From an uncultured Prevotellaceae bacterium (GTDB lineage: Bacteria > Bacteroidota > Bacteroidia > Bacteroidales > Muribaculaceae): a stretch of DNA of 64,000 bases. The notes beneath the pieces were generated by a model that did no database searches, had not been told where the DNA came from, and saw only the letters and a list, made by a program, of their open reading frames with translations. A program made the position numbers and the translations under genes. Shown here piece after piece: positions 39,769-50,045 of the stretch. The stretch is taken from NCBI GenBank assembly GCA_900541935.1, contig UQLZ01000001.1, positions 19,019-83,018 of the forward strand, written 5' to 3'. The number at the start of each line of letters is the position of its first letter. Positions within the stretch are counted from its first letter, which is position 1.

Positions 39769-40632
39769 ATGAAAAAATTAATTTTATCACTATGTGCAAT
39801 GTTTATGTTGCTGAGTGCGTCAGCAGCAAAAAAGTCAGTTAAGATAATGACTTTCAACGTCCGTTGTGTAGTAGAAGCCGACGGATTGAACCAATGGAAA
39901 AACCGTAAGGATTATGCGGTTAATCTGTTGAAATTCTACAAGCCTGACCTTTTTGGAGTTCAGGAAGCCACACACCAGCAGATGGTTGATATTCAGGCAG
40001 GATTATCAGATTATGCCTATGTTGGAGTTGGCCGCAGTGACGGCAAGACGGGAGGCGAGTATTCTGCAATCTTCTATGAAAAAGCCCGTTTTGAAGTTAA
40101 GGATAGCGGAACATTCTGGCTTGCCGAAGGCGAAAAGGCTAATATCCCAGGTTCTTTAGGCTGGGATGCCGATTATCCTCGCATTGCAACGTGGGCTATA
40201 TTTAAAGACAAGAAGACAGGCAAGAGTTTCTTTTATTTGAATACACACCTTGACCATATTGGCGTTCAGGCTCGTCACAATGGAGCAAAATTGCTTCTTG
40301 ACTTTGCGAAGAGCCATTCAAAAGGTTTGCCTGTTGTTATGACCGGCGATTTCAATGCAGAGCCAACAGATGACCCTATTCTCGTTTTGACGCAACCGGA
40401 AGACAAGTCATTTGTCTTGACCGACAGCAAGAGCGTTTCAAAACTTGTCTATGGTCCGGAAGGAACATTCCACGATTTTGGCAGAATAGAGTTTGAGAAA
40501 CGTCCGCGATTGGACTACATTTTCATTAACGGCAAGATGTCAGTTAAATATCATGCCGTACTTACTGATAATTTGGGTAAGTTGTATCCGTCGGATCACC
40601 ACCCTGTAATTGCAAAAATAGAATTTGAATAA
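39769..40632 (+). CDS. endonuclease/exonuclease/phosphatase (EEP) family protein, secreted
   Basis: Signal peptide. EEP motifs (IMTFNV, GDFNAEP, SDHHPV). Confidence 0.75.
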   Translation: MKKLILSLCAMFMLLSASAAKKSVKIMTFNVRCVVEADGLNQWKNRKDYAVNLLKFYKPDLFGVQEATHQQMVDIQAGLSDYAYVGVGRSDGKTGGEYSAIFYEKARFEVKDSGTFWLAEGEKANIPGSLGWDADYPRIATWAIFKDKKTGKSFFYLNTHLDHIGVQARHNGAKLLLDFAKSHSKGLPVVMTGDFNAEPTDDPILVLTQPEDKSFVLTDSKSVSKLVYGPEGTFHDFGRIEFEKRPRLDYIFINGKMSVKYHAVLTDNLGKLYPSDHHPVIAKIEFE

Positions 40633-41968
40633 TGAGATTAAGCGTATATAAGAAACACATAAAATCGATATTAAAATTAGGATTCCCTATTATTGTAGGG
40701 CAGTTTGGCGTAATTGTTGTAGGCTTTGCCGATACGTTGATGGTGGGCCATTACAATACTTCCTCACTTGCGGCAGCATCGTTTGTCAATAATATAATGA
40801 ATCTGGTAATTGTGCCGATAATGGGATTTTCTTACGGAATAACGCCGATAGTAAGTTCCTTAAATGCGCAGGGTAACAGTTCGGAAGTGGGGCGTAAGAT
40901 GCACGACGCCTGCTTGCGAATATGCTGTTTACGGGGCTTTTGATAGTTGTGATGATTGTCCTTTACTTCTTTCTTGACAAGTTGGGACAGCCTGATGAGT
41001 TATTGCCGCTAATCCGGCCTTACTACATTATCAGTTTGATATCCATAGCATTTGTAGCAATATTCAATGTTTGCCGTCAGTTTGCCGACGGATTGACTTT
41101 TACTTCAATAGCGATGTGGTTACTGATAGGCAGTAACGTGTTTAATATCGTTTTCAACTATCTTCTTATATACGGAAAACTGTTTTTTCCGGAACTCGGT
41201 CTCGTTGGGGCGGGATTGAGTACTCTTGGAGCAAGGGTGCTTTCTGCTATTGTTTTCATTTTTATCATTCTTAGAGCAAATCGGTTTAAGAAATATGTTG
41301 ACAGTTACCGCCTTAGTCATAGCAATGCCAAATCCATAATGGATATAACAAAGGTTTCGTTACCAATCTCGCTTCAATTGGGAATGGAGACAGGTACTTT
41401 TACATTCAGTTGCGTTATGGTAGGCTGGATTGGAGCCTTGCAGTTGGCAAGTTATCAGGTAATGGTAACGATAGGCACACTTGGTTTTATGATCTATTAC
41501 GGCATAGGTGCGGCCATGGCAATCCGAGTTGCCGCATATATGGGCACGAAGGATTTTGTTAATGTCCGCAGGGCAACTTATGCTGGACATATAATACTTA
41601 TGGGGCTTGCACTATTGGCATCTCTTGCATTTTTCTTTGCTGGAGAAACCCTTATCCGTTTCTTCACAAGTGATGCAGCGGTAATAGCAATAAGTATGAC
41701 CCTTATACCGCCACTCATCCTTTATCAGTTTGGCGATGCAACGCAGATATGCTATTCCAATGCGCTTAGAGGCACGTCGCATGTGGTATCTATGATGTGG
41801 ATTGCCTTGTTTAGTTACGTTATTGTCGGCTTGCCGTCTGGTTATATTTTGGCATTCCCTATGGAACTTGGCGAAGTGGGTGTATTCTATGCGTTCTCGG
41901 TATCATTATTCCTTGCCGCAGGGCTATTCCTCTGGCAGTTTATGAAAAACTCAAAAAGGGCAGAATAG
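40632..41968 (+). pseudogene. MATE-family efflux transporter, disrupted by a frameshift near 40900-40925
   Basis: ORF 40632..40943 ends ..VGRKMHDACLRICCLRGF*. The +2 frame continues as DARRLLANMLFTGLLIVV.. (40898 onward), which is typical MATE helix 3-4 sequence. An apparent 1-nt indel lies in CACGACGCC. Confidence 0.65.
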
Positions 41969-42026
41969 ACAAGTTACTTAGAAATTTAAACAGGGTGCGT
42001 TCATTATGTGTCGCACCCTGTTTCTT

Positions 42027-42659
42027 TTATCTAAATTCACCCCAATCAGTGTAACTGCAACGGTATATCCATTTCAAGTTTTCCGGATTTGAAACACGGA
42101 AAGGAGTATAGGTAGTAAATTCGAGTGGTTTTCCGTTTTCATCATATCCTATTTCATCCAAAATCGTTTGCATATCATATCTGGAATTTTGAATGTATTG
42201 GTATGAATAGCCATTTTGTTTCGTATCATTTGGGTGTAAGCCAGTAGGAAAGTCTTTTGGGAAGTCAGACTGGTCAGGTATGTTAAAGGTATTGTATTCT
42301 GTAGGAATTGATACCACTTTTGAGAAAATACACCTATTGGCAATATAAACTTTGTCCGTTTTCAGTCTGCTGTCAGCGGGTTGCTCAACAAAAGCGACCT
42401 TATATGAAGGCAAGTAAGATTTCTTGGTAAAACCTTCTACCGTAAATTTCTCGCTTTTGTTTTCTGTCGCTAAGGCTTTGTTTTGCTTTTCGGAAATAGG
42501 GAGACCCTGAGCATTAAGATACACTATCGGGTTGTTTCTCAAAGATTCGGCAACTGCGGATATGTTATTGCCATTATAGATAACATCATCAGAATAAACA
42601 TCATCCTTACAAGAGAATAAAAACAATAACGGAAGCCCCAATAAATAAATGTTTTTCAT
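42027..42659 (-). CDS. hypothetical lipoprotein
   Basis: Lipobox LFLFSCKDDV. First ATG is at 42657-42659. Confidence 0.6.
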   Translation of the reverse strand: MKNIYLLGLPLLFLFSCKDDVYSDDVIYNGNNISAVAESLRNNPIVYLNAQGLPISEKQNKALATENKSEKFTVEGFTKKSYLPSYKVAFVEQPADSRLKTDKVYIANRCIFSKVVSIPTEYNTFNIPDQSDFPKDFPTGLHPNDTKQNGYSYQYIQNSRYDMQTILDEIGYDENGKPLEFTTYTPFRVSNPENLKWIYRCSYTDWGEFR

Positions 42660-42760
42660 TTTGACTAATTTTAGTTTATGCAAAAATGATCAGAAAATCT
42701 GATTAATGCAATAATTGCGGACTAAATTTAGAGAATTGAGAAAAATTTTAAAGAGTTCTG

Positions 42761-43480
42761 TTAGAACCAGAGGGAGAAATGCTGGACTGGGAGTTTGGGG
42801 TTGCAGACAACGACACCAAACTTTCCGTTTGAGAAACTCATTCCTCCGGTTAGTTTTGACTTCGTTTCTTCCCAAATTGCTTCTCCTAATTCCTTTTTGC
42901 AAATGCAACTGACTATAATCGTGCATTTGCTCGAAATGAATTTGTCGATAAGGCGGGAAGCATATTGATAAGAAGTGTCGTCAATATCGTTTATAACAAT
43001 AAACGGCATATCGGCAGAGTTGCTGTAGTTTTCTATGCAATGCTCGGCAGAGGAGAATTTGTTAATTCTGTCAGCCATTTTTTCTGTTGACTTTGCGAAA
43101 AAATCGAATTGCGAAGGCTGGATATTGCAGATGTTCAGTTTAGATTTTGAGGACACGGAGAGCAGGGCAACGGTAGAAATGCCATAGTTCGTTCCAATCT
43201 GAAGTATCTCTTTCGGGTTAAAGAAATTAGTTATCCTAAACATCATCCTGGCGTCTTTCAATGACATAATCTTTGGATGCTTTATCCCTCTTTCTTTTGA
43301 CATTGCCTTTATTTCCTTATGGCAAGCGTCTATTCTCTCGTATGCGTAGTAGGGTAGCCTTTCTTTCAGAACTTTGAGCACAAAACGGAAAGCAAAGGGT
43401 GAGTGAATGCCAAACCCTCTGCTTTTCCTTATTCTGTTTAGAGCAGTATAGTATCTTTTAATATGTTTGCTCTTTTTCAT
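42761..43480 (-). CDS. putative class I SAM-dependent methyltransferase
   Basis: LQIGTNYGISTVALL glycine-rich SAM-binding-like motif. Start at MKKSKHIKRYY (first ATG). Confidence 0.45.
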   Translation of the reverse strand: MKKSKHIKRYYTALNRIRKSRGFGIHSPFAFRFVLKVLKERLPYYAYERIDACHKEIKAMSKERGIKHPKIMSLKDARMMFRITNFFNPKEILQIGTNYGISTVALLSVSSKSKLNICNIQPSQFDFFAKSTEKMADRINKFSSAEHCIENYSNSADMPFIVINDIDDTSYQYASRLIDKFISSKCTIIVSCICKKELGEAIWEETKSKLTGGMSFSNGKFGVVVCNPKLPVQHFSLWF

Positions 43481-45968
43481 TCTCTTCAGGCTTCTTGTAT
43501 AGCAGAACAGCAGCAATCATAGCGAGGTATATTGCCGCTATTGCAACGAATGCAATGGTTTGAGAAGTTTTTGTAGATTGCGGGTCGAAGCGGAAAATTA
43601 TCTCATGCTTTCCAGCCGGCACGTTCAAAGCCCTTAGAACATAGTTTACGCGTCCTATTTCAGCCTCTTTGCCGTCGATGGTAGCATTCCAACCCCAAGG
43701 GAAGAAAATCTCTGAGAATACAGCCAAACCGCCGTTTTTTGAAACAGAAGTATATCGCAACTCGTTTGGCTTATATGAAGTTTCATAGATTGTGTCGCCT
43801 GGAGATTTTGTAATAGCCTTTCCGAGAACGCCCTCAAAAGCCTTGTCTGCAACTGCACGGTTTGCCGGCTTCAAAGTAGATAGGGCATCCATTTCCTCTT
43901 TTGCTCCGTTAACGTAGTTCAATGTGTCAACAAACCAGCAGTTGCCAAGAGCTTCAGGGTTTTGCTGTACTGTTGTATCGTTGAAAATGAAGTATTTAGC
44001 ATTAAGCATATTAAGAACCTCAAAATTGTTTTTCTCAATCTGATGAGAGATGAGGTCTTGGTATCTTGTCAACTTTGCAGCGTGGTAACCGCCAATGCAC
44101 TTATGGAAATAAGACGGCATTGCATCGCCGAAGCGAGAAACGTCCATCACCCTGTAGTTCGGGTCCTTATCTTTCAAAATCATAAGGTCAGCCGGTCTTG
44201 GGTCAATTTGGTTCGCTGTTGATAGAGGCTTTGGAGAGAAAGAGTTGGTGTTGAGGTAGCGTTTGTTGATTGCAAACATATCGAAGATAACGATAGCAAT
44301 CATACCTGTCATAAATACCTTTGTCTTTATCTTGTTTTTGAAAAGGAGGAAGAATGCACTCAACCCAAGAGCAAGGAATAGGAGAGACCTTGCAGCATCT
44401 GATTGAATCATACCGAGTCGGGCTTGTTCCAACTCGTAGAAGATGGCAGATAAGTCGTAGCCTTGGCTTTCATATCCAGATTTCAAATCAAGTTCCTCCG
44501 GTGTGATTACGTTACCAAATATTGTTGGTGAAATAAGAGCGATAAGGCAGAAGAAAACTGGCACCCCGAATGCGAGGAAGAATTTTGCGGAGTTCTTCTT
44601 GAAGAAGTCAGGAGTGTCGATAATCTTTTGCAATGCAAGTATAGCCAACAGTGGCATTGTAAATTCCGCTATGACAAGAATGCTTGAAACTGTTCGGAAC
44701 TTGTTATATAGAGGGAAATTATCTATAAACCAGTTAGTAAACCACATCATGTTGTGACCCCACGCAAGGAAAAGAGATAGCACGGTAACAACCACCAAAG
44801 CCCATTTGACAGGACCTTTGACAATCATAACCCCAAGCAGGAATAGTGCGAAAATGATAGCGCCAACATATATAGGACCGTTTGTCATAGGCTGGTCGCC
44901 GAAATATTGCGGGAACATTTTCAGGTTTTCGGCTGTATTGTAGTCAATTTCACCTTTCATAGCCTTTTCCTTAACAGACGGCAGGTCCCCCACGCTTGTA
45001 GGAATGTTTCTGCCGTGAGTAGGGATGATTGTTGCACCACCTTTAACGTTAGGGATTAGCAAGGTAAATGATTCGCTTTTGCCGTAACTCCAAGCCGTAA
45101 TATAGTCCTTGTCAAGACCTCCCTTAGTTGAGTTAGGAGTGCTTGTAGCGAGTTCGGAGTGACCGCCTCGCATAGTGTATTTGCTATATTCGTATGTGTT
45201 ATAAAGGCTTGGCAAGTTTGCAGCAACGGCGAGAACAGCGGCAATTGCGAGGAAGCCAGTTGCCGTTCCCCATTGCTTAACTTTTTTCTCTTTGTAGAGC
45301 TTGCAGAAGTATGCAATCACTAAAGCTATGATAACGAAAAGGAAATAGTACGTCATTTGCGGGTGATTTGCAGCGAGTTGCAACATACCGAAGAAAGCCG
45401 CGAGGGCAGTTCCTGCAAGGAACCTTCCTCTGTAGCAGAGAACAATACCAGCAATTGTTGGCGGAACGTAGGCAAGAGTGGCGAATTTCCATATATGTCC
45501 TGCGCCGATAATGATGAAGAAGTATGTTGAGAAACCGTAAGCCAACGCGCCTAATATTGCGAGATACCATTTTACTTTGAAAGCGAGCAGTAGTATATAG
45601 AATCCGAGCATCATAATGAAAACGAGGTTTGCCGGGTTCGGCAACCAGAGGCTGTATGCTCTTTCGATTGCGGTTATCCATTTGTTGCTTTCATAGGAAG
45701 GTGAGATTTGGAAGGTAGGCATACCCGAGAAAAGGGAGTTTGTCCAACGTGTTGTTTCACCTGTTTCATCTTCAAAAACCTGAGCCTCATGTCCGTTTGA
45801 GATACCTTGAACGGTATCGTGCTGGCGGAGAACATTCCCTTCAAAGACATCAGGATAAAAGTACGCCAATGAAATAACAAGGAAAACCGCTACGCCCAAA
45901 AAAGGGAGTAGGAATTGTTTGCTTTGTATATTTTTCAATATCTCGTTGTTTTTCAGCCTTTCTAACAT
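43458..45968 (-). CDS. YfhO-family membrane protein (putative glycosyltransferase-like)
   Basis: About 837 aa polytopic membrane protein with N-terminal multi-TM domain and C-terminal periplasmic domain, the YfhO pattern. First ATG at 45966-45968. Confidence 0.65.
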   Translation of the reverse strand: MLERLKNNEILKNIQSKQFLLPFLGVAVFLVISLAYFYPDVFEGNVLRQHDTVQGISNGHEAQVFEDETGETTRWTNSLFSGMPTFQISPSYESNKWITAIERAYSLWLPNPANLVFIMMLGFYILLLAFKVKWYLAILGALAYGFSTYFFIIIGAGHIWKFATLAYVPPTIAGIVLCYRGRFLAGTALAAFFGMLQLAANHPQMTYYFLFVIIALVIAYFCKLYKEKKVKQWGTATGFLAIAAVLAVAANLPSLYNTYEYSKYTMRGGHSELATSTPNSTKGGLDKDYITAWSYGKSESFTLLIPNVKGGATIIPTHGRNIPTSVGDLPSVKEKAMKGEIDYNTAENLKMFPQYFGDQPMTNGPIYVGAIIFALFLLGVMIVKGPVKWALVVVTVLSLFLAWGHNMMWFTNWFIDNFPLYNKFRTVSSILVIAEFTMPLLAILALQKIIDTPDFFKKNSAKFFLAFGVPVFFCLIALISPTIFGNVITPEELDLKSGYESQGYDLSAIFYELEQARLGMIQSDAARSLLFLALGLSAFFLLFKNKIKTKVFMTGMIAIVIFDMFAINKRYLNTNSFSPKPLSTANQIDPRPADLMILKDKDPNYRVMDVSRFGDAMPSYFHKCIGGYHAAKLTRYQDLISHQIEKNNFEVLNMLNAKYFIFNDTTVQQNPEALGNCWFVDTLNYVNGAKEEMDALSTLKPANRAVADKAFEGVLGKAITKSPGDTIYETSYKPNELRYTSVSKNGGLAVFSEIFFPWGWNATIDGKEAEIGRVNYVLRALNVPAGKHEIIFRFDPQSTKTSQTIAFVAIAAIYLAMIAAVLLYKKPEENEKEQTY

Positions 45969-46020
45969 ATTTGTAAATTTAAATTTGGTTGTAAAGGTAC
46001 GCAAAATGAGCGTTATAAGC

Positions 46021-46060
46021 AAACCCCCTTGGCGGTGTATTTTTAATCGCAAGGGGGTTT
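46021..46060 (-). terminator. palindromic hairpin AAACCCCCTTG/CAAGGGGGTTT downstream of the Lrp gene
   Basis: Perfect 11-bp inverted repeat with an 18-nt loop. No strong U-tract on either strand. Confidence 0.35.
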
Positions 46061-46082
46061 GAGATGGGTTTTATGAATAATT

Positions 46083-46553
46083 TTATTCTTCTTCTATTTG
46101 CTGGATGGGTATTTCTCTATTCATGCTTTGCTCAAGGGAAATCAAAGTTTCGGTTTCCTTAACGCCGTGAATCATCTGGATTTTGCTGTTAAGCAATTCC
46201 ATAAGATGTTGGTTGTCACGAGCGTATAACTTTATTAGCATAGTGTATGGTCCAGTTGTAAAGTGGCATTCAACAACTTCTGGAATTTTCTCCAATTCTG
46301 GAACAACATTCTTGTACATGGAACCTTTTTCCAAATTGACACCGATATATGTGCAAGTAGTGTAACCTAAAACTTTTGGGTTAACATGATAACCAGACCC
46401 GGTTATAACATCAGTGTCAATCATTCTTTGGATTCTCTGGTGAATTGCAGCACGAGATACTCCACAGACAACGGCAACGTCTTTTGAAGGAATGCGTGCG
46501 TTTTTCATCACGATTTCCAATATCTTTCTATCTAAATTATCTATTTTTTCCAT
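46083..46553 (-). CDS. Lrp/AsnC-family transcriptional regulator
   Basis: N-terminal HTH (DRKILEIVMKNARIPSKDVAVVCGVSRAAIHQRIQRM) and C-terminal RAM domain. Confidence 0.85.
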   Translation of the reverse strand: MEKIDNLDRKILEIVMKNARIPSKDVAVVCGVSRAAIHQRIQRMIDTDVITGSGYHVNPKVLGYTTCTYIGVNLEKGSMYKNVVPELEKIPEVVECHFTTGPYTMLIKLYARDNQHLMELLNSKIQMIHGVKETETLISLEQSMNREIPIQQIEEE

Positions 46554-46790
46554 AAAGAAATATTCTTGTTGCAAAGATATATCTTTTTTGGTGAAAATCA
46601 TAGAATAATGGTGAATAATCTTGATGTTTTGATAGAAAAATGCTATTATTTATATGAAATTCTGTCATTTTCGTATTCTTTGCTTACTTTTTGATGAATT
46701 TGTAAATCGGTATTTTTGCGAACAAAGGACTTTTTTACTGTATAATTTTGCGGTAGAAAAAGTTTTGGGATAACATTAAATTTATTTATC

Positions 46791-47162
46791 ATGGAAAAAG
46801 AAAAGAAAGAAGAAATGTTGGTCGAAGAACCGGCTCAGAAAGAGTTGGAAGAGGCAGTATTAAAGTATTTCGCGGACTGTCATCCTGATGATGCTGAGAG
46901 TTTTGAATCAGTAATAGGTTTGTTGCAAGGTTTTGGTAGTGCTCCGAAAACTGATTTGCTGCAGGCTGTATATAAGGGACTGAAGTATGATGCCGATGTA
47001 GAGACTGCGCGTCATGAGGGGTATGTGAGCGGTGCTAATGAAAGTATCGACAATGAGAAGCTCCGACTGCAACCTATGCCGATTGATGACGGTGGAGTGA
47101 AAACCTCTGCTGAAGATTTGCCGCTACTTTCGTACGTTAGGCGAAGTGTTTGGGAATTGTAA
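46791..47162 (+). CDS. hypothetical acidic protein, first gene of the orphan two-gene cassette
   Basis: 123 aa with acidic N-terminus (MEKEKKEEMLVEEPAQKELEE). Good coding periodicity. No recognisable motif. Confidence 0.5.
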   Translation: MEKEKKEEMLVEEPAQKELEEAVLKYFADCHPDDAESFESVIGLLQGFGSAPKTDLLQAVYKGLKYDADVETARHEGYVSGANESIDNEKLRLQPMPIDDGGVKTSAEDLPLLSYVRRSVWEL

Positions 47163-47199
47163 ACCGACAGATAATCTATTAACCATAAATCTAAAGACT

Positions 47200-48570
47200 A
47201 TGAACGAATTTAAAATTGATTACAAAAAATTGTTTTTTATCGCACTTGGTGTTATTGCATTAATGCTATTTATAAGTGTTGACAGTTGCTCTGTTCTTGC
47301 AATGCCGTTGGTAGCCGGCATCGCCGGTGGAAAGCATGTCATAAATGAGCCGCTGACAGTAACGCGAAGTAAGGAAGCGTCGCCAGATTTGCTTGTTAAT
47401 GAAATAGACCGACGCATTGTCAAGATTCGCCCAATGGCGACACCGATTGACCAATTGTCGCGATGGGCAGGAGCGAAGAAGGCTGGCAGTATGATTGTTG
47501 ACTATTATTCTGTAGATACCCGTCCAACATCATCTGTTACTACCGAGGAATTTTCTGGGGCAACGAGTAGTTCCTTTCTTCCGTTGTCTAAAACAGCTGA
47601 GTTGACGCTGAAAGATGCAACTTCGTTTGAGCCGTCGGAAACAATTCTTGTGAAGGATGTTAAGGGTTATAAGTCCGACGGAAAGACTCCTGACAGTCAG
47701 GATTTGGTTATGTATATCCTAAGCAAAGACGGTAATGCTATCACCTGTAAGGCGATTAACGGACCTAAGAATCCCGAAGACGGTGAAATTCACGTTCCGA
47801 GTATTCCGTCCGGTTCGGTAATTGTCAGAATGGGTAGGGCTGCAGCGGAGTTAGACGTTCAGACGCCGCAGTTTGAGGCATTGCCAGTCAAGGAGCGTAA
47901 TTATTGTCAGATTTTTAAGATGCAGATTGAGCAAAGCACTCTTCACAAGATAGCCAACAAGGAGGTTGGCTGGACTTTCACAGACCAGGAGGAGGCTGCC
48001 ATTTATGATATGCGTCAGGGAATGGAGAAAAACTTCCTTTTCGGCGTAAAGGGCAGAGTGTTTGACCCGGCAAAAAATGAGGATATTCTGCTTACTGGTG
48101 GTATTTGGTCACAGGCAGGTGGCGAGTATAAGTACAGCGTTGGAAAGTTGGATACAAATGGAGTTATCTCAATGATGCGTGCAGCTTTCACTGGCAATGC
48201 CGGCAATAAGCGAAAAGTTCTTATCGGCGGTTCGGGACTTATTGAGCAGTTGAACAAGTTGGAATCTACAAAAATGGTACTTGCAGGCGAGAATATCGTT
48301 AAGTGGGGTATTGATTTTTCCGAAATAAGTTCCAAGTTCGGTAAGTTGTATGTGCTCTTGTCTGAGATTTTTGATGAGTGCGGAATGGAGAATAACGGTA
48401 TGATTATCGATCCTGAATATTTGCAGAAATATAGCCATATACCGTTTACGACAGAGGAACTCAATCTAAAGGTTGCTGGTGTTAGAAATACCGATGCCCT
48501 TGTTCTTACCGAGGCTTCTTGCATGGTTCTCCGCTATCCGAAAGCACACTTGAGAATCATCGGAGCATAG
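47200..48570 (+). CDS. hypothetical protein, faint lambda-gpE-like major-capsid resemblance (unverified)
   Basis: 456 aa. N-terminal hydrophobic segment (LFFIALGVIALMLFISV). Weak local resemblances to lambda gpE (VKGRVFDP versus GKYTMTGEAFDP; AGGEYKY versus SGGTEWSK; LRYPK versus ARYPK). No enzymatic motifs. Confidence 0.5.
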   Translation: MNEFKIDYKKLFFIALGVIALMLFISVDSCSVLAMPLVAGIAGGKHVINEPLTVTRSKEASPDLLVNEIDRRIVKIRPMATPIDQLSRWAGAKKAGSMIVDYYSVDTRPTSSVTTEEFSGATSSSFLPLSKTAELTLKDATSFEPSETILVKDVKGYKSDGKTPDSQDLVMYILSKDGNAITCKAINGPKNPEDGEIHVPSIPSGSVIVRMGRAAAELDVQTPQFEALPVKERNYCQIFKMQIEQSTLHKIANKEVGWTFTDQEEAAIYDMRQGMEKNFLFGVKGRVFDPAKNEDILLTGGIWSQAGGEYKYSVGKLDTNGVISMMRAAFTGNAGNKRKVLIGGSGLIEQLNKLESTKMVLAGENIVKWGIDFSEISSKFGKLYVLLSEIFDECGMENNGMIIDPEYLQKYSHIPFTTEELNLKVAGVRNTDALVLTEASCMVLRYPKAHLRIIGA

Positions 48571-48724
48571 CCGATATAACTATCTAAAAGGAGGTGCGCA
48601 TTTTGACACACCTCCTATCTACATAGACAAAGCCTCGTTCAATAATTTGGCCAAAAGTCTGCATTCCAATCGGATATTTCATAATTCACCTGTTTTTGAA
48701 TTTTATAAGTGTAGATAAAAACTG

Positions 48725-48762
48725 AAAAAAAGAACTGCCTGGTGGAAACCAAACAGTTCTTT
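48725..48762 (-). terminator. rho-independent terminator for adk
   Basis: AGAACTG..CAGTTCT stem followed by TTTTTTT on the minus strand, about 30 nt after the adk stop. Confidence 0.55.
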
Positions 48763-48786
48763 GTGTTATATATAAGGTGATTTTTC

Positions 48787-49368
48787 TTATTTATTGCATT
48801 TCTCCTTGATAGATGCCTTGATTCTGTCGAAGATATCGTCAACAGAACCAGTGCCCTTGATTGGCAAGTATTTGCCTTCTTCAATGTAGAAGTCTTGCAA
48901 AGGTTGAGTCTTAGAGTGATATTCAACGAGGCGTTTTTTAATAGTCTCAAGATTGTCGTCGTTTCTTCCAGAATCGATACCGCGCTTTATAAGGCGGTCG
49001 ATGAGTTCCGGTTCGTCAACTTCCAGACCGATAACAGCATCTACTTGAGCATTTTTTTCAGCAAGCATAGTGTTAAGGGCTTTAGCCTGGTCGATAGTTC
49101 TTGGGAAACCGTCGAAGATAACGCCGTTTTTAGCCTCTGGAGTTGTGTCAAGGATTGATGACAGGATGCTAATCATCAAGTCATCAGGAATCAAGTGACC
49201 CTCAGAGATATACTTGTCAGCGATTTTTCCTAATTCAGTTCCGCGAGCAATGTGGTCGCGAAGCACTTCTCCTGTAGAGATGTGGAATAGTCCATAGTGG
49301 GCTATTAGATTTTCGCTCTGAGTACCTTTGCCGGAACCCGGAGCACCAAAAATTACAATATTAAACAT
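48787..49368 (-). CDS. adk: adenylate kinase
   Basis: MFNIVIFGAPGSGKGTQS P-loop with LID and NMP-binding patterns. Confidence 0.9.
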   Translation of the reverse strand: MFNIVIFGAPGSGKGTQSENLIAHYGLFHISTGEVLRDHIARGTELGKIADKYISEGHLIPDDLMISILSSILDTTPEAKNGVIFDGFPRTIDQAKALNTMLAEKNAQVDAVIGLEVDEPELIDRLIKRGIDSGRNDDNLETIKKRLVEYHSKTQPLQDFYIEEGKYLPIKGTGSVDDIFDRIKASIKEKCNK

Positions 49369-49407
49369 CTTTTTTACCTTTCTTTTACAAGACGGCTTTT
49401 CGGATAC

Positions 49408-49950
49408 TTACAGGTTACTTTCTAATATATAAATATCCTTAAGGTTTCTTGCCTTTTCATCAAGGTCAAGACCGTAGCCAAGAATAAATTTTGATGGGAT
49501 TTGGAAGCAGCAGTAATCAACTTTAACGTCAACTTTTGCTGAATCAGGTTTTTGAAGCAGAGTGGCAAATTTTATTTCTGCCGGATTGAGTTTCTTTAGT
49601 TCTTCAATCAATTGGACAGCAGTGTAACCAGTGTCAACAATGTCTTCAACGATAATAACCGTTCTTCCTTCAATGTCAACATCAAAGCCCAAAAGTTGCT
49701 TTACGCTACCCGTTGATTCAGTGCCACAGTATGATTTGAAGCGCACGAAGGTTATTTCAGCGTCAAAGTCAATTTCTCTGAAGAGGTCGGCGGCAAAAAT
49801 GAAAGCCCCGTTGAGGACGCCAATGAATAGCGGCGTTTTTCCGTCGCAGTCGCGTTTTATTTCTTTAGCAACTTCTTTTATCCTCTCTTGAATTCTTTCC
49901 TTCGTAATGTAAGGTACAAAAGTCTTTTGGTCTATTACAATTTTGTCCAT
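49408..49950 (-). CDS. hpt: hypoxanthine phosphoribosyltransferase
   Basis: PRPP-binding motif [13 protein letters not shown]. 180 aa. Confidence 0.85.
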   Translation of the reverse strand: MDKIVIDQKTFVPYITKERIQERIKEVAKEIKRDCDGKTPLFIGVLNGAFIFAADLFREIDFDAEITFVRFKSYCGTESTGSVKQLLGFDVDIEGRTVIIVEDIVDTGYTAVQLIEELKKLNPAEIKFATLLQKPDSAKVDVKVDYCCFQIPSKFILGYGLDLDEKARNLKDIYILESNL

Positions 49951-50045
49951 ATCGGTTTAAATAATTGTGCAAATTTAGTAATTTTTGCTTAGTGTTACAA
50001 TATAAAGGCCGTTTTTATGCTAAAAATTAGCCCAAATATGTGTAT

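Noticed and set aside
48587-48617. AGGAGGTG..CACCTCCT hairpin as a terminator of the orphan cassette
   Set aside because: The U-tract (4 nt) is on the minus strand only and no minus-strand gene ends there. I kept it as uncertain rather than calling a feature.
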